From positions 12,586,001 to 12,650,000 of the forward strand of contig OZ024754.1 in NCBI GenBank assembly GCA_964016885.1: a DNA stretch of 64,000 bases. The letters run 5' to 3'. The notes beneath the pieces were generated by a model. The model did no database searches. It was not told the origin of the DNA and worked only from the letters and a program-made list of their open reading frames with translations. The position numbers were made by a program, and so were the translations under genes. The stretch is from Eledone cirrhosa (taxonomy: Eukaryota). Positions 53,941 to 64,000 of this stretch are shown here, piece by piece. Numbering within the stretch: position 1 is the first letter of the stretch; each line of letters begins with the position of its first letter.

Positions 53941-54565
53941 CAATCTAGTCAATATTATCTACACAGTGTCAATCTAGTCAATATCATCTACACAGTGTCA
54001 ATCTAGTCAATATCATCTACACCGTGTCAATCCAGTCAATATTATCTACACACAGTATCAATCCAGTCAATATTATCTACACACAGTGTCAATCTAGTCA
54101 ATATTATCTGCACACAGTGTCAATCTAGTCAATATTATCTACACAGTGTCAGGGCGGTGGATTGGCAGTATCGGTAGAGGGTCGGACGTCATGCTTTTCA
54201 GCATAGTTACGTCCCTTTTCGATCTGAGTTCAAATCCAGCCGAGGTTGACTTTGCCTTTCATCCTTACGGGGTCGATAAAATAAAGTACCAGTAATGTAC
54301 TGGGTAATTGCTGGCCTTGTGCCTAAAGTAGAAACAATTATCTACACCGTGTCAATCCAGTCAATATTATCTACACACAGTGTCAATCTAGTCAATATTA
54401 TCTACACACAGTGTCAATCTAGTCAATATTATCTACACACAGTGTCAATCTAGTCAATATTATCTACACACAGTGTCAATTCAGTTAATATTTTCTACAC
54501 ACAGTGTCAATTCAATCAATATTATTTACACTCAGTGACAATCTAGTCAATATCATCTACACACA
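53941..54565. repeat. 29-31-bp minisatellite interrupted by SINE-A
   Basis: Unit tcaatctagtcaatattatctacacacagtg. Confidence 0.93.
54152..54338 (+). mobile_element. SINE-A inserted in a 31-bp minisatellite
   Basis: Full-length copy, with the array continuing on both sides. Confidence 0.88.
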
Positions 54566-55139
54566 ATGTTTATCCAATAAACATTTGTCTATCCAATCAA
54601 CATTTCCAGACTAAGTTTAATAATTTACATATTGTGCAACTCATCTTTAAACAGTATCTCTCTAAAAATAAAAATTAGGAAATGTTATAAACTTTGTAAA
54701 TGATGTAAAATAATGTACAAAATCTTTGCCTACTTTTACTCTTAACATAATGAAAGTAGAATAGATAACTTCATGCTATAAAGCAGTCAAGTAAAGGAAT
54801 TAGTACTGCCAATGTTGGTGTTATTGGTGGTGGTGGTGGTGGTAGTGGTGGTGGTAGTGGGTAGAATGGTGAGGTCAGCAAATATATTGCTCCTTTAGGT
54901 TGACCTCTATTTTGGCACTGAATCTTTCTCTCATGATGACAGGTATATCAATATTTGTTTTGCAATGAATGGCACGAATGATATAAGCCAATCGGACAGC
55001 TTCCTCTTTTAAATACACTCTGGTGCTGCCACCACACCTCTCCCCCCTCCTCCCCCCACGCTACTAAATCACGAAATGTACATTAAACAAGTTGATGTCA
55101 ATAGATGGCAGTAAATAAGTAAAATAATATCATCAATCA

Positions 55140-55377
55140 ATTGTATCATATCATACATATTATCATCATAATCATCATCATCATCGCCATCATCATCATC
55201 ATCAGCAGCAGCAGCAGCAGTAACAGCAGGAGTAACAGCAGCAGTAACAGCAGTGTTGCTACCATCACCTTCACCATCATTACTTTCGATTCCATTTTCC
55301 TTATCATAACCATCACAGACAACCACCACCACCACCACCACTATCACCACCACCACCACAATCACCATTATTAAAGT

Positions 55378-55411
<34 letters not shown>

Positions 55412-55687
55412 ACACCACCACCACCACCACTATCACTATCACCACCGCCACCACTACCACCACTACCAACACTAACACCACTATCACCACCAACACCACC
55501 ACCACCGCTATCACCACCACTGCCACCACCACCACAATCACCATTATTAAAGTATCATCATCATCATCATCATCATCACCACCACCACCACTAACACCAC
55601 TACCAACACTACCACCACTAACACCACTATCACCACCACCACCACCACTATCACCACCACCACCACCACAATCACCATTATTAAAGT

Positions 55688-55730
<43 letters not shown>

Positions 55731-55745
55731 CCACCACAATCACCA
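55140..55745. repeat. CAT/CAC/CAG trinucleotide array
   Basis: Direct inspection. Confidence 0.93.
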
Positions 55746-56685
55746 TTAGCAAAGTATCTTCTTCGTCTGTAGAGAACCAGAACATTTATTACAAGGTATT
55801 TTGTTCTTCACTCCGAGGACTTTGCCAATTTGCTTTCATACTGATTTCTAATTTAGGCATAAAACCAGAAAATTGGGGTGAAAGGAAAACATCCTTGATT
55901 ATCTTAACCCCCAATACTTGACTGGTACTTTAATTTATCAATGGCAAAAGGATGATCGGCAAATTTGATGTTGCCGGAAGTTAACCTCAGAATGCAAAGA
56001 CCATTTTGTCTGATGCTCTAACGATTTTGGCCATCAGCCACCCTGATAACTTGTCCTATTCATCATCATCACCGTTTTACGTCCGTTCTTCCACGCTAGC
56101 ATGGGTTAGACGGGTTGTCCTGTTGTGAGCAGTGTCTGGTCGGCTGACCATGCCTTGCTCATACAGGAACTGATTTGGCTTGATTTCTACAGCTATTATT
56201 ACGCAAAAAATGAAACTTGCTAAAATTGTCTAATAAAGGTTTCTGATTTAGGCACAAGATCAACAATTTTGGGGGGAAGGGAAAGTCAATTAAATCTACC
56301 CCAGTGCATTACTGGTACTTTATTTTATCGACCTCGTAAGGATGAAAGACAAAGCTAACCTTGGTAGGATTTGAACTCTGAATATAATGGGACATATAAA
56401 CCCACCCACCAGAACAAGCTGGGCACCAGTACACTGTGTACAGATACCCAGCACTGTCCCATCCAGAGGGTTGGCTTATATGCCCTGCTATCATTAAACT
56501 ACTTTATTTAGTCAAAGTTATGATGCAATCTACCAATTCAATTTTCAAACTGCATTCACTGCTTTCTAAATGCATGTATTTTGTTTGCTAAAAATGTTAG
56601 GGAAGACAATTTCTGGTGCACTTCATCATTTACTCTGGAGGAGAAATGGCCATGCTAAATGTGACTCTTTTGAAAGTAACTTTAA

Positions 56686-56921
56686 CCCTTTAGTATTTAC
56701 ATTACTCTATATTTACTATTGTATTTTCATGGTAAAGGCTTTACCTCACATAACATTTACATTACTCTATATATATACTGTTGTATTTTCATGGTAAAGG
56801 CTTTATTTCACATAATCATCTCACATATTGAATCTATGAGATTTTGGTGTTATTTATTTTGAGACCAATACCTTAACGTCAGTATGAGTGGCCAGTTACA
56901 GCCGGTTTAAATGCTAAAGAG
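56686..56921. mobile_element. piggyBac-type MITE (same family as 46863)
   Basis: TTAA|ccctttagtattta ... taaatgctaaagag|TTAA, with shared internal sequence. Confidence 0.78.
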
Positions 56922-57149
56922 TTAAAGAGGAAGCTGAAAAGAGACTTACAATGAGCTGCCCTCTTTACAGTGTTTCACTTCTTACATCTTGTACTAAATA
57001 CATGACTTCCCCTTTCGTGCAGTGGAATTCGGGAATGTTCTCTTTGTTCACATTTTTTTTCTGGAGGTAATGACTTAGAGATAAGTTCAAGACGAACCTC
57101 AACTACATCTGATCATATTTTTGGCCACTTCTATTCAAAATCGTCTTCA

Positions 57150-57664
57150 ATAGACTACATTTTTGGTCACTTTTTCTGCTGAATACCCCTTTTCATAGGC
57201 CTCACTTTTTCTGTTCAAAATCTTCTTCAATGGACCACATTTTTGGTTACTTTTTCTACTCAATATCCACTTTCATGGGCCTTACTTTTTCTGTTCAAAA
57301 TACCCTTCAATGGACCACATTTTTGGTTACTTTTTCTGCTCAATATCCACTTTCATGGGCCTTACTTTTTCTGTTCAAAATACCCTTCAATGGACCACAT
57401 TTTTGGTTACTTTTTCTGCTCAATATCCACTTTCATGGGCCTTACTTTTTCTGTTCAAAATACCCTTCAATGGACCACATTTTTGGTTACTTTTTCTGCT
57501 CAATATCCACTTTCATGGGCCTTACTTTTTCTGTTCAAAATACCCTTCAATGGACCACATTTTTGGTTACTTTTTCTGCTCAATATCCACTTTCATGGGC
57601 CTTACTTTTTCTGTTCAAAATACCCTTCAATGGACCACATTTTTGATCACTTTTTCCTGCTCAA
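57150..57664. repeat. 80-bp minisatellite, ~6 copies (unrelated sequence)
   Basis: tggaccacat recurs at 57231, 57311 ... 57631. Confidence 0.97.
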
Positions 57665-58034
57665 CAGCTTGCTTCTAAATTCCATGTTTCTCTTCTGTAT
57701 AAAATTTTATTTTACTCAATTTGTTTTTATAATTTTCAATTGGGAAAAGGATGTTCTTAGAAAGATTTTGAAAATAATTCCGCATTTTCTTTTCCTTTCA
57801 GTGGAGCGCAGTAGAAATTCAAAGCTGCACTCTCATCTCTTTTATGTGCATGCAAGCATGTTTTGAAATGCATGCATACTTTCTGTCTTGTCTACTTAGA
57901 TACATGCAATATCTTATGCAAATGTCTTCTTCCCCTGCATTCCTTGTCATACATTCTAATGAAGCACCAACTGAGCTTAATGTTAGACATTGTTGTTGTT
58001 GTTTAGTCAAAACTTTATATTCTCATGTTTACAT

Positions 58035-58044
58035 GCATACATAC

Positions 58045-58077
<33 letters not shown>

Positions 58078-58093
58078 ATATATATACATGTAC

Positions 58094-58153
<60 letters not shown>

Positions 58154-58162
58154 TACATGTAC

Positions 58163-58210
<48 letters not shown>

Positions 58211-58236
58211 TACATGTACATATATATATATACATA

Positions 58237-58270
<34 letters not shown>

Positions 58271-58376
58271 TACATGTACATATATATATACATAATATAT
58301 ATACATGTATATATATATATTATATATACATAATATATATAATATATATATTATATATACATAATATATATACATG
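58035..58376. repeat. (TA)n array punctuated by catgtac
   Basis: Direct inspection. Confidence 0.93.
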
Positions 58377-58744
58377 TAAACGTGGTTGGTATTAGGAAGG
58401 GCATCCAGCCGTAGAAAACCCGGCAGACAGTCCCGAGCAAGACAACCAATCTTGCCTCAAGTGGAATAATTCCCGTCCAGACCCATGCTAACGTGGAAGA
58501 TGGACGTTAAACGATGATGATGATGATACACACACGCGCAAATTATTTTTATTATTATTATTACCATTATTAGATTCCGAGTTCAAATATTTCCAAAGTC
58601 AACTTTGCCTTTCATTCGTTCAGGGTTAATAAAATAACGAACCAATCAAGTATTGTTGTTATAATCAACTTAACTCTTTCCTGAAATTGCTGGCCTTGAG
58701 CCAATATTAGAAACAATATTGCTTTTGTTTAGTTATTAATAATG

Positions 58745-59040
58745 GTTTCTTTATTAACCACAGGGGTTGACACAAAGTATCACATTAAGGACAATACAGG
58801 ACAATACAGGACGGTACAAATGGCCATTTCTGCATGTAAAAAACAAAAACAGAGTATGTTACAAAAAAAGAAACAATGAAAAATTCCTCAATAGCAGGGG
58901 AGACCTCCGAGGGTCGCTCGTGGAGAAAGCCCACAAAAAAGCCACGGTTATCCTGACCGCTAGGGCAAGTGCCCTCTTCCAGTTTTACTCCTACGATAAT
59001 ACAGGCACATGCTCAGGGTAAGCCCATTCACATGGGCCTA
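58745..59040 (-). mobile_element. 3' UTR fragment of the same Tx1-like family
   Basis: Reverse-complement match to 61705-61850 (actggaagagggcacttgcccta...). Confidence 0.6.
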
Positions 59041-59147
59041 GCTACACAGGGCTCACATTAAGGAAACATTAAAGACAGTACAAGACAATACAGGATGATA
59101 TGGTGTCGGTTTTTCTTTGTGTAAAATAAATAATAGAGGAGATGAGG

Positions 59148-59612
59148 GTGGTGGGTTGGCAGTATTAGTAGAGCATAGCACAACATTCTTTGCAGCATAG
59201 AGTGACATCCCTTTACACCTTATTATTATTAAGGTGGTGGATTGGCAGTATTAGTAGAGCATAGCACAACATGCTTTGCAGCATAGAGTGACATCCCTTT
59301 ACACCTTATTATTATTAAGGTGGTGGATTGGCAGTATTAGTAGAACATAGCACAACATGCTTTGCAGCATAGAGTGACATCCCTTTACATCTTATTATTA
59401 TTAAGGTGGTGGATTGACAGTATCAGTAGAGAAAGCACAACATACTTTGCAGCATAGAGTGATATCCCTTTACACATTATTATTAAGGTGATGGATTGAC
59501 AGAATCAGTAGAGAAAGCACATGCTTTGTGACACAGAGTGACGTCCTTTTACACCTTATTATTATTATTAGGCGGTTGATTGGCAGTATTGGTAGAGTGT
59601 CGGATGCCATGC
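59148..59612 (+). repeat. Tandem array of ~6 SINE-A heads (~85 bp)
   Basis: Repeating ggtggtggattggcagtattagtagag...ccctttacaccttattattatt. Confidence 0.85.
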
Positions 59613-59634
59613 TTATATATATATGTATATATAT

Positions 59635-59831
59635 ATAGGAACAAGTATGACCCCGACGGCAGAGCTCAAGCCGTTTTGAGGGCTAATTCTGGACTCCAGA
59701 ATTAGCCGTCGAAACGGCTTGAGCTCTGCCGTCGGGGTCATACTTATTCCTATTACCCACTCTACTACCTTAAGTATTGAGTACTTTGGTGTGTTATGGT
59801 CCATCTGCTTCCTTACCACATTTCCTTCGTT
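59635..59831 (+). mobile_element. Hairpin family, copy C
   Basis: Palindrome at 59635-59753 containing GAAA-cggc..gccg-TC-gggg, flanked by (TA)n. Confidence 0.75.
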
Positions 59832-59903
59832 ATATATATATATATCTTCACATACACACACACACACATGTATATATATATATATATAACTTCACATACA
59901 CAC

Positions 59904-59951
<48 letters not shown>

Positions 59952-60110
59952 ACCTTCACACACACATGTATACATATATACATATATACTTATATACTTA
60001 CACACATATGTATACACACACAGACACACGTATATATGTATATGCAAGCGTGGAAGATGGACGTTAAACGATGATGATATATATATATATATATATATAC
60101 ATACATATAT

Positions 60111-60450
60111 GGAGGCACATGGCTTAGTGGTTAGAGCATTGGCCTTGCAATCAAAAGGTTGTGAGTTCAATTCTCAGACTGGGTGATGTGTTGTTTCCTT
60201 GAGCAAGGCACTTTATTTCACATTGCTCCAGTTTACTCAGCTGTAGAAATGAGATGATAGGGACTGGGGTTCCTATCATTCCACTACAAAGTGGTCGTGG
60301 AGGTGCCACGGCAAAAAAGCACCCAGCACTCACTGTAAATGAGGTTGGTGTTAGGAAGGGCATCCAGCTGTAGAAATCAATCCAGAATCAGTTCCCGTCC
60401 CACCCTTGCAAGCAGGGAAAAGCGGACGTAAAATGAAATGATGAAATGAT
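60111..60450 (+). mobile_element. SINE-B
   Basis: Family match. Confidence 0.9.
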
Positions 60451-60468
60451 ATATATAAATATATATAT

Positions 60469-60790
60469 CATCATCATCATCATCATTTTACGTCCGCTTT
60501 TCCCTGCTTGCAAGGGTGGGACGGGTCTTATTCAGCACAGCATCTCTCCACTCGTCACGGTCCCTCGTCATCTCCACCGTGAGCTTCAATGATCTGAGGT
60601 CTGTTCTCACCACCTCCGCCCATGTTTTTCGTGGTCTACCTCTACCACGTCTTCCTTCAACTGGCATTTCCTGGCACTTCTTCACCCATCGGTCATCCTC
60701 CATGCGCATCACATGTCCATACCACCTCAGTCTCCTCTCCCGTACACTACATTCTATCCCTCTCAGACACAGTTTCTCTCTCAACACATT
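60469..60790 (-). mobile_element. RTE LINE 3' end
   Basis: VRERRLRWYGHVMRMEDDRWVKKC...GRGRPRKTWAEVV...REKRT* followed by a (GAT)n tail. Confidence 0.9.
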
Positions 60791-61494
60791 TATGATATGA
60801 TAATGATGATGATATGCATATATTGTGTGTGTGTGTGTGTATGTCCGTGTGTGTATGTCCGTGTGTGTATGTCCGTGTGTGGTGGGTAAGAGAATAAATA
60901 AATAGACAGGATATATGCATGTGTATAATGAATTAAAATGAAAATAGGCAGGTGATTCTATCATAGTAATTTTTGTATGTATACGAAACATTTCTGCATT
61001 CATGATGCAAACAACTCTGAACAGTGTGACATATCATATCAGTGGAATGGTAAAGCTTGCCTCAGTACTTACTTATTCATTATTCACAAAACATTGCAGT
61101 TGATCTTACCTTTCATCTAAAGAAAGTAAAATGCATGAAGTAAGATAGAAAAATTCCTCTGGGCATACATGATGTATTGAAGAATATATATAAACCAAGT
61201 GCATACTTTACAGGAAATCATATTTATTTAGAAAACTTCTATCTGCATACGTGATACGAAGGAATATTTTAAAACCAGGATTTTTATTTTAGAGGAATAA
61301 ATAACTATTTGGAAAATTCCCATTAGCATACATGAATCTGTGGAGTATATATATAAACCAAGTTGATGTTTGAAAGGACTAGATGTTGTTGTTGTTGTTG
61401 TTGTTGTTGTTTTTATATCATTTCTATTGGTAAACATGATTCTAAAGACTATATTTCAGCCAGCTTCTAACTTTACAGGAATAAATATTTGTTT

Positions 61495-61920
61495 AGAAAC
61501 CGTTTTTATCTGGCTGGTGGCCATGGCAAAAGAGGTTGTATGGTGGACACTTCTGAAAGGGTTGAAGACAGGTACTTTCCTTTTCGGTGACACCCTCATT
61601 AACTTTTTTCAGATTTCACCTGAAAAGGAAAATCAGGGTGGAGGGGGGAAGTGCTACCTTCCAGCCAGTTTGTTGAAAGGTGGGTGAGAGAGGCAAGAAT
61701 TGCCCCTGTGAATGGGCCTACCCTGAGCACGTACCCGTAGTATCGTAGGAGGAAAACTGGAAGAGGGCACTTGCCCTAGAGGTCAGGGTAACCGTGGCTT
61801 TTTTTGTGGGCTTTCTTCATGAGTGACCCTAGGAAGTCTCCTCCTCCCCCCCACTACTGGAGAATTTTTCCTTGTTTCTTTTTTTATACATATAACTTTT
61901 ATTTTTTTTTTTTTCACACG
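61495..61920 (+). mobile_element. L1/Tx1-like LINE 3' end with UTR
   Basis: LVAMAKEVVWW...RKIRVE...FVERWV...YP* (frameshifted). The UTR is homologous, inverted, to 58745-59040 and weakly to 4915-5070. Confidence 0.6.
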
Positions 61921-62296
61921 GAAAAATGTGGGATGGTATACATGTGGTATGATATACATGCGGTATGGTATACATATGGTATGGTGTACATGTGGCATGG
62001 TGTACATGTGGTATATGGTCTACATGTGGTATTGTATACATCCTGAGAAGGAATATATCCTCAGCAAGCTCAAGCTTTAAAGGAATAACTATCTATTTAG
62101 ACAAATATTATTTCGGGACATGATTCTGATGAATATATTTAAACCAGACCCAAACTCTACACATAGGAATAAATACTAATTCATCATCTTTTGGCATGTT
62201 TTTATGTTAAGAAATATTCTGTTGGTATACAAGCTATCAATAGTAAGATGTTTAGTCATTATTGACCATCTAATGGCTGTATATATAATTGTTTTG

Positions 62297-62487
62297 ACTT
62301 TTGGTACAAGGCCAGCAATTACCTCAGTGCATTACTAGTACTTTATTTTATCAACCCCGTAAGGATGAAAGGTAAAGTTAATGTTTATATTGGTGGGATT
62401 TGAACTCAGAACATAAAGGGCCATAACTCTATGCTGCAAAGCATGGTGTCTGAGGCTCTATCTACCGGTTCTAACAATCTACCACGC
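62297..62487 (-). mobile_element. SINE-A (diverged)
   Basis: Reverse-complement family match. Confidence 0.75.
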
Positions 62488-63057
62488 TATGGCTGCAATT
62501 ATAATATCCCTGTTGCTATGTTGCTATGTTGCTAAAGCTGAAGTAAATTTATTCTACACGCTACCACCATAAATGAAACTTAAGGGTCAGTATGTCTTGT
62601 AATCCTGGCCAACAGGATGGAGAAGACATTGCCACAGAAGATAGTGAAGGAGATGTGTTGGAAGTGTCACTCCACTTCACAGGGCTTCCACTTGCAGATA
62701 GCCAAATCTGCTCCGACTGCATGAGAGTAAGGGCCATATTTTGGGGTTGAAAATTCATTAAAGTTTAATAGGTATTAATATCATTTTCCACTAGATCAAT
62801 CCCCTGCCTTTACATTGTAGAATGTTACCCTTTTATGGAACCTTGGGGAGTTGGGGGATATTGATGAGTACAGACACAATGAGCCTTCACACACAGCTAC
62901 ATTTATCATATTTAGGCCATCAGAAAAGAGAGTTATCAAGGTGAGATGGTATCAAGGTGAGATAGTAGTGACTAAGAACTTGGCCTACATCTGAGTCTTC
63001 TTTGATTTTACAGATCTTAAGGACATTCTTATGTTTACTGCAAACACCATAGATCGT

Positions 63058-64000
63058 GTCACAGTAACACTCAATCTTGGCACAGCAACACTCAATCTTG
63101 GCACAGCAACACTCAGTCTTGCCATAGTAACACTCAGTCTTAACACAGCAACACTCAATCTTGGCACAGTAACACTCAATCTTGGCACAGTAACACTCAA
63201 TCTTGGCATAGTAACACTCAGTCTTAGGTCAGTAACACTCAATCTTGGCACAATAACACTCAATCTTGCCATAGTAACACTCAGTCTTAGGACAGTAACA
63301 CTCAATCTTGCCATAGTAACACTCAATCTTGGCACAGTAACACTCAATCTTGCCATAGTAACACTCAGTCTTAGGACAGTAACACTCAATCTTGACACAG
63401 TAACACTCAATCTTAGCACAGTAACACTCAATCTCGGAACAGCAACACTCAATCTTGACACAGTAACACTCAATCTTGACACAGTAACACTCAGTCTTGA
63501 CATAGTAACACTCAATCTTGGCATAGTAACACTCAATCTTGACACAGTAACACTCAATCTTGACACAGTAACACTCAATCTTGGCACATCAACACTCAAT
63601 CTTAGCACAGTAACACTCAATCTTGACACAGTAACACTCAATCTTGACACATCAATACTCAATCTTGGCACAATAACACTCAATCTTGACACAGTAACAC
63701 TCAATCTTTGCACAATAACACTCAATCTTGACACAGTAACACTCAATCTTTGCACAATAACACTCAATCTTGACACAGTAACACTCAATCTTGACACAGT
63801 AACACTCAATCTTTGCACAATAACACTCAATCTTGACACAGTAACACTCAATCTTGCCATAGTAACACTCAGTCTTAGGACAGTAACACTCAATCTTGAC
63901 ACAGTAACACTCAATCTTAGCACAGTAACACTCAATCTCGGAACAGCAACACTCAATCTTGACACAGTAACACTCAATCTTGACACAGTAACACTCAGTC
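63058..64000. repeat. 21-bp minisatellite, ~45 copies, runs off the window end
   Basis: Unit acagtaacactcaatcttgac with variants. Confidence 0.97.

Noticed and set aside
6008-60363. Recurrent MPFLTPTSFTVSAGCFF... ORFs
   Set aside because: Antisense readings of SINE-B copies, not a gene family.
62561-62758. Short non-repetitive ORFs on both strands
   Set aside because: No recognisable domain or convincing splice-site pair.

Overview
Repeat-dominated, AT-rich eukaryotic DNA, most likely a long intron of an octopod cephalopod gene. The taxonomy is inferred from the octopus-type tRNA-derived SINEs and the dense (TA)n/(CA)n/(CAT)n tracts. Only one host exon is well supported: a 114-bp phase-1/phase-1 EGF-like exon on the minus strand (25357-25470). 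The rest is microsatellites, minisatellites (21, 31, ~75, 80, 80 and 86 bp units), two SINE families, RTE/Tx1/Vingi LINE fragments, a Neptune-type Penelope-like element (PLE), a non-autonomous Helitron, and hAT and piggyBac-type MITEs. Almost all ORFs in the supplied track are repeat artefacts. The most interesting signal is invisible in the ORF track: a set of short, mostly (TA)n-embedded elements carrying minimal type-I hammerhead ribozymes. There are 7 near-canonical motifs from about 6 sequence families, plus degenerate ones, and one lies in the 3' region of the PLE. Several copies have become long palindromes centred on the ribozyme stem-II loop, which suggests fold-back synthesis during reverse transcription. 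Unrelated families also share a covarying 3' RCTC...GAGY stem. All folds were paired by eye and no activity is demonstrated.
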